This document shows positions 45,907 through 56,424 of a stretch of 64,000 nt of DNA, piece after piece. Source of the stretch: Vitrella brassicaformis CCMP3155 (Eukaryota; Protista; Chromerida); assembly GCA_001179505.1 (NCBI GenBank), contig CDMY01000878.1, forward strand, positions 62,001 to 126,000. The letters run 5' to 3'. Under the pieces are notes generated by a model, which was not told the DNA's origin, did no database searches, and saw only the letters and a list, made by a program, of their open reading frames with translations. Position 1 is the stretch's first letter; each line of letters opens with the position of its first letter. The translations under genes were made by a program, and so were the position numbers.

Positions 45907-48275
45907 ATGGCAAGCTCGCACGCTTCCGACCGAGGCAGCGTTTCTGCATTGCTGAGTGAGGCTCCAAGGCGGAGGATGGCTACAGCAGAGGAAAGAAAAG
46001 ACGAGAGGCTTCCGCTGGTCAGCGGGGATCATGGAGATGACAAGCACGTGGCAGCGGAGAAGGCCCACTTCTCCTGGAGGGCGCTGTGGCCCAATCTCGG
46101 CCTGCACGACTGGAAGGGCATCGCTATCCTGCCCTTCCTCATCACCCTCATGATTGGCGGCGTCGTGTGGCCGCTCGTGCCGCCTGGGCTGCCTGCCAAG
46201 GTCAGAACTGAGTGCAGCGCGCGAATGCATTCAGGAAAGGGCTGTTGTTGATGCTGTTGTTGTGGCGCAGACGTGGCATTTGTTCGTTATATTCGCTTTC
46301 ACCATCTTTGGCATCATCACAGGTCAGCCATGGAAGCAATCACACGCGTCGGGCGTCATGGAAGCAACATTCCCAATCCTGCGTGTCTGTCTGTCTGTCT
46401 GTCTGTCTGTCTGCTCGCATCGCAGCCCCCCTGCCAGTGTCGGCCGTCGCCATCGTGGCCATCGCCGTGTCGCTCACCACCCGCACCCTCCCCATCGCCA
46501 GCGCCCTCTCAGCATTCGGCGCGCCCGTCGTGTGGCTCATCGTCTTCGCATTCTTCATTGCACGGGGGTTCATCGTCACCGGCCTCGGCAAGAGGCTGTG
46601 CTACATTGTGCTGGGGCAGGTGGGCCAGTCGTCACTGGGGCTGGCGTATGGTCTGACAGTGGCTGAGTTGGTGCTGGCGCCTGCTGTGCCGTCCAACACG
46701 GCGAGAGGTGCGGCGGTGCTGCTGCCGATACTGCAGCCGCTGCTCAAGGACGCGTTTGCGTCGGACCCTGCGCTGAAGACGGAGAAGAAGATCGGCTCGT
46801 TCCTCGGTCGGTGACTGACGGATGGGGGGAGGGAAGGACTGCACTGCATGTGGCAGATGTGCGTTTGTTGTCCTCGTGTGTGTGTCTTGGGGGGGCAGTG
46901 ATGGTGGCTCTTCACGCAAACTGCGTGACGTCGGCTCTCTACCTCACTGGCTGCGCCGCATCCGCCCTCACCGCCAGGATGGCACTCTCAGCCCTCGGTG
47001 GGGTCGGTGGGCGGACAACACCCAGACAGACAGACACCGTGGTGCATCAAAGACGAATATGCGTCTCTCTCTCTCTCTCTCTCTGGCTGGCTGTGTGTGT
47101 GTGCACAGGTGTGGAGCTGGGATGGATGCGTTGGTTCATGGCGATGAGTGTGCCGGGTGTGCTGGACGTCGCCCTGATGCCTTTGGTGCTCTACTGGGCA
47201 TACCCACCAGAAGTCAGGACCACCCCCGAGGCCCCACAGCTGGCGAGGGAGAAGCTCAAGGAGATGGGCCCGCTCACCAGGAAAGAAATCATCATGATTG
47301 GTCCGTCATGTCAGCCGGCCAGCGGCCCATTCACTCACTGACACACAGAGAGAGAGGAGAGGTGGATGGCCCAATGTGTGTGTGCAGGTACGTTCGTGTT
47401 GTTGATATTTTTGTGGATATTCGGTGACCTGTTCAAGTTCATCGACGCGACCTCGACCGCCATAGTGGGTGTGGCCATCCTGCTGCTGACCGGTGTGCTT
47501 GACGTCACCCAACACATCATCACAGAGAAGGCCGCTTACGACACAATGCTCTGGTTCGCAACCCTTGTCATGCTCGCCGGTAGAAACACACACACACACA
47601 CACACACACCCCGAGAGAGAGAGAGAGAGAGAGAGGGCGGGATCGAGACATTGTTTTGTTTGTGTGTGTGGGTCCAGGTAATTTGACGAAGGGCGGTTTC
47701 TTCGACTGGCTGTCTGGTCACGTGAGCCCCACTATGTCGAAGCTGCCGTGGCTGGTGGCCATGATCGTCCTCTCGCTCCTCTTCTACTTCTCACACTACG
47801 CCTTCGCATCGCTCACCGCACACACCGCGTCGCTATTCAGGTGAGTCTGTGTGAGTGTGTGAGTGTGAGCCGCCCCCCCGTGGATGGATGGCCTGAAGGA
47901 AGGGATTGTGATCTTGGGTGTGTGTCGCATGTCGATGGATGCAGTGCCCTGGGTGTGGTTGCTGTGAGTGCTGGAGCGCCGGCCCCTGTGGTTGCTGTGA
48001 TGTTTGCCGCCTACTCGCCTCTCAGTGGATGTCTCACACAGTACGGCAGCGGACCATCGCCAGCGTACTTCGCAACGGGGTCAGTAGTAGAGACAGCACG
48101 AGAGACCTCTCTTTGCCCTACTCTCACCATGTGTGTGTGTGTGTGGTGTTTGTGTGTATGCAGGTATGTGTCGGTGGTGGACTGGTGGAGGGTGGGTCTG
48201 ATTGTGTCTGCGTGGCACCTGCTCGTCTTCAACACCGTCGGCCTTCTATGGTGGAAGGTCATCGGACTCATGTGA
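45907..48275 (+). CDS. DASS-family (CitT/DiT1-like) 2-oxoglutarate/malate-type di/tricarboxylate transporter
   Basis: VWLIVFAFFIARGFIVTGLGKR, LAPAVPSNTARGAAV, YPPEVRTTPEAP..A.EKLKEMGP, WFATLVMLA, YFSHYAFASLTAH, LTQYGSGPSPAYFATGYV, WWKVIGLM*; multi-exon. Confidence 0.95.
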
Positions 48276-49727
48276 TACGACGATGTGAGCAACGGCCCTG
48301 GTCCTGGTCCTGCCTGCCTGTCTGTGCAGCTGTGTTGCTATGCTATGTGAGTGTTTCTTCCACCTCTGAGATGATGAGCCGTGCGTCCGGTGGATTCATT
48401 CGGTGATTTCTCTGTGTGTGTGACAGTGTCGGCTGTCTGTATGTCTGTCTGTCTGTCTGTCTGTGTAAGGAAGAAACGGCAGCGCCCTGCCCCCCTCTGT
48501 CTCTCTTGCGTGACCTGGGATCTCGATGCAGCCGATATAAATGGAGCCAGCCAGGCAGCCAGCCAAAGTCTGTGAGATGACTGAGTGAATGGATGGATGG
48601 ACGGACGGATAGCAAAGACACGATGACGCATGGGTTCGTGTGGGGCTACCGTACGTGTGAATGCGATGAATGAATGCGATCAATCGTTCGTCAGGCCCCT
48701 AGTAGCGGCATGTATGTTCCGTCCCCTCCCCCTTCCCCTCCCCCCCCCCATGGTCAAATATCCGCGTCACGGTGCAAAGCTCAATCAAAAGCTGACACAG
48801 ACAACACCACACAGATACACCCACACCCACACGGCACACAGCGTGAGAAAGGGGAAAAATTCAACGGCACCCATAAGTTCATTCATGCATGGATATATGG
48901 GTTGGTTGCATCTGTGTTGGCTGACCTCCTCCGGCTGGGCGCATCTGTGTCGCCGCCTCGTGTGTGTCCGTCATGAAACGGTGCACACAAACAAACATGA
49001 GAGACGGTCTGATCATCTCTCTCTACATACTATGTGTGTCATGAAACAAACGACCACCCAGCCACCCCACCTGTCCAGGTACATGCTGTCGTTGACAACA
49101 CCACACACGCACGGCCAGCAGCACTGGAAAAAAACTCAGACATCGCCCCCCCCTCCCCTCACAGACAGACAGACATGACATGCAGGCGTCGCCCCACGCT
49201 CAACACATGCATAGAGGAATCGGGCCTCGCCCGCGCTCCACGAACGGCCTCGCCCCTGGCCCACTTGAAAGACACGCACACGCTCTCACAAGACACAGCC
49301 AGACAGACGCACAAACATGCACACATGGATGGATGGATGGCAGGTGGAGTGATTAGTCAGTCGTGCAGACACTCGCCGACTGCGTCGGCACCAGTTTGCT
49401 TTGAAATAGCCAGCACTGAAAAACACTCAAACACTTACACATATAGACGTATACCCCCGCCCACCCCATGCACTTGGTCACACAACACACACACACACAC
49501 AGAGGTACGTAGAAAGCAGCTCCTCTCGCCGCGGCGTGAAGTGCTACTTGCGCTCAAAAAATTGCCCCTGTGCATCTCCCCTCCCCTCCCCTCCCACATG
49601 CCATGTACCATCTATGCTATATGCGTGCATGTGTGTGCTGTGGATGTCATGTGTGTATCAGTGTGTGTGGCTGCATGCCTGCCATTTCGCAGCAGCCAGC
49701 CATTTGGTGAGGGTCTTCTTGGGTGGA

Positions 49728-51521
49728 TCACAGCTTGCTCTTGTACGGCGCGTCGTACGGCATCCTGATGAGGTCGCGCGGGACACTCGACACGTTCGTC
49801 GCACTGTTCACATCACACACAGCCAACACACACACACATAAGTGGCCATCGTCCGCACCCCTTTTCCTTCCCCCAGCCACCCTCCCTCCCTCACCCCGAG
49901 AGCTTCATTGCGAGTGAGAGTTCGTCCTTCATCATCTGCAGCACCTGGCTGACGCCCTCCTTGCCATTGTACGTCAGGCCCCACAGCGCCGGCCGCCCAA
50001 ACGCCACCGCCCTCGCCCCCAGTGCGAGCGCCTTGAGGATGTCGGTGCCCCGCCTGATGCCGCCGTCGAGGTAGACCTCGATGCTCGTGCCTCGGAGGGC
50101 ATCGACCACCTCCTCCAACACCTGCAAACAGGACAGGACGACACACATGCACTGGGGGTTCGTGAGTGACAAGGGGGGGAGAGGGGGGTTACGTCGATGG
50201 TGGCGTCGACGCCGTCGAGCTGCCTGGCGCCGTGGTTGGAGACCCACACGGCGGCCACGCCCTGCTCCTTGGCCAATATGGCGTCCTCGGCAGTCATGAC
50301 GCCCTTGACGACAATCGGCAGGTTGGTGATCGACTTGAGCCACTTGATGCTGACCAGTGAGTTGACACACAGACAGACATACATCTTGACGTCCATTGCA
50401 ATGCAACCCTCCCACCACCCTGCAAATGTCATGTCCCCCACCTGTCCCAGGTCAGGGATGCGTCGAAGAACTTGGTGGTGTAGGCGCTGAGTGCGCTCCT
50501 GGAGTCGCTGTGGTCGGCCATGCCCTGCTTGGCCGCGATCCTCACCGCCTCCCTCGCATCGCTCAGGTTGGTGCCCTCACTGCCTAGCGTCGACTTGGCC
50601 TTCGGCGCCTCGAAGTTGGCCAACGACAGGCCGGTGGGCAGCGAAAACTGGTTGCGGATGTCGGCATTGCGCCTGCCGAGTGTGGGTGTGTCGACGGTGA
50701 GGACGAGGGCCTTGAAACCGGCCGCCTCGGCGCGCTTGACGAGGTCGTAGGTGATACCGCGGTCGCTGCATCCATCAGCGGATGGATGGATGGATGGTGT
50801 GTGGTGAATGGTGTGTGTGTTACCGAAATGTGTAGAGCTGGAAGAATCGGAGGCCTTCCCCGCCGCAGTTGGCCGACACGTCCGTGACACTCGTCGTGGC
50901 CAACGTCGAGAGGGTCATCGCTGCCAGACAGACACACACCCATACACACAGACGTCCACTGCATCATTCGTGTGTGAGTGTGTGTGTGTGCTTACGGATG
51001 CCCATTTCCTTGCACGCGATGGCGACGCCCGTCTCGCCGTCGGGGTGGGCCATCTTCTGCATGGCCGTGGGGGACACTATCAGCGGCATGCTCACGTTGT
51101 AGCCCAGGATGGACGTCTGTGCATACACACAAATGACACACACGGCCATGCCTCTGCTCAGTGACCACCTGCACTCATGTGGCACCTGACCTGCAGCTGG
51201 ATGTTGTCGACGTCGATGAGAAACCGCGGGCGCAGTCGAATGCGCTCGAAGGCGACACGGTTCTCACGGAGAGAGACCTCATCGTTGGCACCCGATGAGT
51301 AGTAGCCGTGGACAGCCTTGGTGAGCCTCTTGCTGCACAAACCAACCACAACAGACACACACGCACACAGACACACACACCATCACACACGCATCGCCAT
51401 GGCTGTGGTGAACGTGTGCGTACTCTGCAATGCGCTCAAAGTCGTCGAGATTGACTGGGACCGACTCCTCGGCGCTGGCCTGCACACACGGAGAGACAGA
51501 GGGAGAGGGGTGTGGCGCCAT
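49728..51521 (-). CDS. HAO: FMN-dependent (S)-2-hydroxy-acid oxidase (glycolate oxidase/lactate oxidase family), peroxisomal PTS1
   Basis: [81 protein letters not shown]. Last exon ends PYKSKL* (PTS1). The 5' end is uncertain; extra upstream exons at 51540-51790 are possible. Confidence 0.95.
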
Positions 51522-51913
51522 CAAGTGTACAGGGGCACTGCAAAGGGGCCAGCGTGAGCATATGCCTTGCTGAGGCTGTCTAAGCGGGTCAGGCGTCCAG
51601 CGAAGGCTGCGACAGAACAGGCCGTCTCTCTAGGCCCTCTCTGACTTCCACATCAATCACTTGACTAGCTTGCTGCCGCTCCTATCCCTCACTGCATGGC
51701 CTTTCCCAGTGGCAGCCAAGAGCCTGATCTTCCCTCACTGAACAATGTGTGTTCGCTGCGCTTACTTTTGATCTGCTCATCGACATAGCCACCCAAAGCA
51801 CCAAGGCCGACACACCTGCCCTGTAGATCTGACTGAAGGGTGCGGGGGAATTGCGAGGCAAACAAGTCAACCGTCGCGAGCTTGCACGAAGGAAAAAGGC
51901 GAGGGAAGAAGCG
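51522..51913. promoter_or_regulatory. Putative bidirectional promoter (HAO/pseudouridine synthase), GCGAGCT at 51876-51882
   Basis: Gap between divergent genes, both starts somewhat uncertain; motif seen directly. Confidence 0.4.
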
Positions 51914-53778
51914 ATGCTGGACCCTCTGTGCGTGGAGGTAGCTGCAAATACCGCATCGACGGCAGGGCGCTACTTTCTTCGTCTTGTGCAACGCTGGGCG
52001 AGAGAAGGGGCTGCTGACGGCCCAAGGGGGACCTCCATCTGCCTCATAGCTGCCTATGACGGCGCTGACTTTCGTGGTTTGCAGAGCGTGGAGTCAGAAC
52101 TCGCCTTGGCACTGCTCGAATCAGGTGTGGACAAAAAATGACACTGTGTGGATGGGCTCCTCCTTCATGTATGTGTTGTCTGTGCGCAGGCCTTATCGAC
52201 CATCGTCAGCACGCCGATTTATGGCGCATTAGCTGGTGCCACGCCGTCCGCACCGACAAGGGGGCCCACGCAGTCTGGCAGCCCATCTCGTGCATACTTG
52301 ATCTGCACGAGCGGCTCAGGGGCACCACCCTCCAGCCACTGGACAGCCTCCCTCGCGGCATCTCGCCCCAGCTGTTCTGGGCCGACGGGCAGCAAGACGC
52401 AATGGAAGATTTGCTGGACGGGCTGACGCAGTCCATCAACAAGCACTTGCCTTCGTCGGTGAGGGTGCTGGGCATCGACCGAGTGGGCCGATCCTTCGAC
52501 TGCCGCTATGCGTCAGCCAAGACCTACGAGTACCTGCTGCCGCTGCCCACAGGCGACACGCCCACGTCTGCGGACGATGCGAGCGCTGCGGCGGCCGTAC
52601 CTTCTTCCCTCGACTCAAGCGCCGTCACCAGCAGCACGTCACAGGCGTCTACCGGGGTGTCATCTGTGATGGATGTGGACAGGCTGGCGAGTGCGTTGGA
52701 TTTGTTTGTCGGCGTTCACGACTTTCGCAACTTCACGACTGGCGGCGGCGGCGGTGCTGGGCAGGGTGCCCAGCTGCGGGAGGTGACGAGCGCGTCCGTC
52801 GTCAAAGTTTCTATCGGCCGGCGGGTCTTCCTGCGCCTCACCATCTCAGGCACGGCGTTTCTCCGGTACCAAGTGCGCAAGATGGTGTCGCTGGCCGTTG
52901 CGGTGGGGGCGGGCTGCCTCCCCCTCGAGGCCATCACCCTCGCCCTCCGCCCCTCAGTCGCCACACATCTCGACATTCCATGCGCCCCTGCGTGTGGACT
53001 CATACTCGCCCACGTCGACTACTCTGGAAGTCGACGCTCGTCTACGGCATCGTCCTGCCCGCCCTTGGACTTCGAGAAACGGTCCCTCACGTCGGCGCAT
53101 TTTCTCGACTTCAAGAGGCGTCTCTACGCGTCGATCGCCGAGCGTTCATCGCCCGAGCTCTCACGGTGGCTGGCGAGCCTCATCTCCGCCCCATCTTCCC
53201 CCTCCCTCCCCCCGCCCCTCTCGCCGTCCGGCCGTCTCCCCCCAAAGGATGGCGCCCTGCGGCTGATGCTTCAGAGACGATTCGTGCTTGAGAGCGGAAG
53301 CGACAGCCCACGGTCGGCCCGCGACGACCTCCTGTTGGCGCGTGACTCGAGCGCGCAGCAGGGGGGAGGGGAGGAGGATGACGCCGTCCCATCCCCGGCA
53401 ACCAGATCGCCCCCTCGAGCAGCGAGGAGGAGGACGGTCGAGTCGATGGCGAGCGATTCCCCGCCCGACCGGCGGCCGTCGAGCCGTCTGTCGATTGATG
53501 TGATTCGGCTGCCCGACGACGCGACGTCCAGCCGGCAGGTCGATGCGACAGGCCTGCACGCCATCCAGGCGCCCGAGGTGTTCTCGCTCGACTCGTCTGT
53601 GCAGCCGCACTCGCCCAGCACGTATGGGTCCATGAAGACCGAGGAATTCAACATTGCCACACCCAGCAACACACCGCCCCCCTCCCCGCTGCTCGGGAAG
53701 CAGGCCGATCGGCCACCGCCGGAGGAGACCTTCAGAGGCTGGCCTGCGGTCCGTGAGCAAGACTACACAGCACACTAG
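51914..53778 (+). CDS. TruA-family (Pus1/Pus3-like) tRNA pseudouridine synthase with a disordered C-terminal tail
   Basis: IAAYDGADFRGLQ, catalytic RTDKGAHA, KTYEYLLP, FVGVHDFRNFT, FLRYQVRKMV, APACGLIL. One intron, 52125-52189. ATG 51914 is the first in-frame ATG. Confidence 0.9.
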
Positions 53779-54447
53779 GGGCTGGTGCGCCGTTTCATGC
53801 TTGTCTCCCTCCTTGTGGTGATGGTGCGTGCAGGTGTTGGTTCATGCGGAGAGTGTAGTGAGATATCTGCGACAAGAGGACGGCAGATAGACATGTGGGA
53901 CGGTGTGGGGTGGTATGGGGACATTTTTCCCTTCGCTGCTTTGACCGACCTTTGACCGGCCTGCCTTTGTACAGACAGCGGGGTGTCTTGTGTGTGTGTG
54001 TCTGCCGGAAGGCACGATGCGATTGCCATGCCATCGGCGGTCCGGGTAAATGCACGGCCTTATGCATGTGTGACTTCGCACTCTCAGACCTTCATCTTTC
54101 ATTGAAGTTCTCTCTTGCCATCCAAGAAGGCACATCAAAACGTCCCACACAAGCTGAAACCATCACTTACACACCAGACCTCCCCCCATCAGCCAATAAG
54201 ACTCACGAAGGAGGCGGCAGACCACTCAAGCACACGTATAGCGTCTCCGAGTGGCAAAATCAGCCGTGTATAGCTAGACGGGTCAGACCACTTCATCATT
54301 TGTCATCTCGTCCGTACAGACACAGGCAGTGAATGAAAAATGTCACGGCATCCGCACCACTTGCAGAAAAAACACATCCACCGTGAAGCTGCCCATGCAC
54401 ACGGCAGACACGATGTAGCACTGCTGTGCGTTGACCTGCACCGCGCT

Positions 54448-56403
54448 CTATGTGTCAGCTGTGTCCTCGTGGTCACTCACGGGGGCATGCTGGCGCCTAT
54501 CACGCCATCCGCCCACGTCTCCTCTTCCGACTGAAGCCCACTCAGACACACAGAAAATGCCTGCGATGGGCCAGTGTGTGCCTGGCGTGACTGCTGCATC
54601 GCGTCGGTGGCCGAAGCTGTGAGCTGGGCCATCGGGAGCACACCGAAAGAACAGTCAATTTGACCAGAGACGATGGGGAAGAGCCACCAGTGCCGTGTAC
54701 CGTCCTCAGTGTCGCTGCCCCATGCCACTATTGAGCCGCCGCTATTCGGCTGATCACCGGGGAGTGGCCTGCGTGCAGATGGCACCATGTACACATGCGC
54801 CCTCTTCTGATGTCGTATGCTGCTTACGGTGCCATGTAGCTGGACTGAGTCCACATGTCCGGTGCCTGCTGCTCCACAAACGGGTTTCCGTCGACATCCA
54901 GCACGTCGAGGGATGGCCTGCATCCACAGATAGCCGCAATGCCCATATAGGCACGCCACTCATCTGCTTGAGACGTCCCTCTGCTTACGGTGTCGCCTCG
55001 CCGTCGGTGCTCGATGTCCCAGCTGCTGCGTGGCTGCCGTAAATGCCGCCTTGTGCATGATTGATCACCATGCCGGCAAACACGAAGGCCGGCGGGGCTG
55101 CACAACCAACAGACACAATGGAAGCGGGAAGCTAAGAGAAGGTGACCTTCTTACGTACGTGTGTTTGTGACGGTCATCGGCGGCAAGGGCATGGTAGCGG
55201 TAGCACGCTCCTATATGCACCAAACCACAGCGCAAAGAGAGCATGACTAGATCTAAGCGGTGCCAACGGCCTGCTCACTGACCTGTAGGTCGGCCTTCGT
55301 TAGTTTGTGTGTCTTCTGCATGTGCGAGTTTACGACATTGCGGAACGTGTTCTGCTTGCCGCAGATGCCACTCCCGCCAGCACACTGCACCACACACGTG
55401 GCGCACAGCTTGTCGCTCGGGCCCTTCTTGACTGGCACATAGGGGACCACACACACCAGCCGCCCTCCATGGTACACGCGCATGCAGCATTGGATGTCGA
55501 AGTCCGTCGCCTGCTCGCGCGGATCCATCGCCGGCTTGCGGAACACCTGCAGGCGATACAGGTTGCGGAATGGCCGATGGCGGCTGTCCTCGTCGATGGC
55601 GGCCGGCAGGAGGGCCACCTGGTACCCCGGCTGACCGATGATGCGCTCGGCACTCGCCACGGTGAGCCACACGTGGCGGTGCTCTGCGGGGGCGTCCATG
55701 TTCGTGGGGTCGGCAATCGACTGGGAGTGTTTGCGGTCTATCTCGGCGGGATCCCACTGGTCGCGGAGGCCACGGAGAAGAAAAGCATATGGCAGGCCAC
55801 CTGCACAACATACACACCAGTCAGTCATGCAATGCTTACTTTCTTCGGTCTGTGTGACGTACCCTCCATCTCCCAGTGCCCGCCAAGGCCAGACTGCAGA
55901 GGGGTAGAAGCGACTGGCAGACCGGCTGGACGACCACACAAGCAGGATGCCCACGCAGCGCAGTGCACGCAAGTGTGTGACGTACCACTCATCCCGCTGG
56001 GCTGCTGACGTCCACGCGAGCCACATTCCTGCACAGATGTAAGTACGCCTGTAGCTGTAAGTATGTCTGAAGGTGTAAGTCCGCCTGAAGCTGTAAGTAC
56101 TTCCACAGGTGTAACTACTACCAAGATCGAGAAGAGAAAAGAGTGGGTGATTGTGAGAAGCCTTGTTCTTTTCGTCTGGATCTCTTCTCGAACCAACAGA
56201 GGCCGGCTGCGTACGCAGCACAGATGAGGAGCGGCTGCGTCGCTCTGACACCACCGCTCCCGCGACAAGATCTCGTCCTCTGCTGAGGAGGGGGGACCTA
56301 CAAGCAACACACCACGCACAAAAAGAGGACATTCAAGCGTCGATTCAGCGCAGCCGCGGCTGCACGCCGATCGGGAATTCGATCGGAAAGAGGCATTCGT
56401 CAT
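54448..56403 (-). CDS. Hypothetical multi-exon protein with an atypical C2H2 zinc finger
   Basis: A chain of minus-strand GT-AG introns (e.g. gtacgt...gtccag, gtcagt...catatag, gtaagc...gatgcag) keeps one frame. It contains CAGGSGICGKQNTFRNVVNSHMQKTH (Cx6Cx12Hx4H). Both ends are uncertain; the start may be the internal ATG near 55992. Confidence 0.55.
56039..56116. repeat. Degenerate 18-bp tandem repeat, 4 units plus a partial fifth; the four full units start GTAAGT
   Basis: gtaagtacgcctgtagct / gtaagtatgtctgaaggt / gtaagtccgcctgaagct / gtaagtacttccacaggt / gtaact. Confidence 0.85.
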
Positions 56404-56424
56404 TTCGACGAAGGAGGGCTTGCA

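Noticed and set aside
48724-48749. C-rich tract as a G-quadruplex element
   Set aside because: Such poly-C/CCCT tracts recur in introns and UTRs throughout the window; nothing marks this one as special.
56039-56116. CRISPR-like array
   Set aside because: Units are contiguous 18-mers with no unique spacers, there are no cas genes, and the context is eukaryotic.
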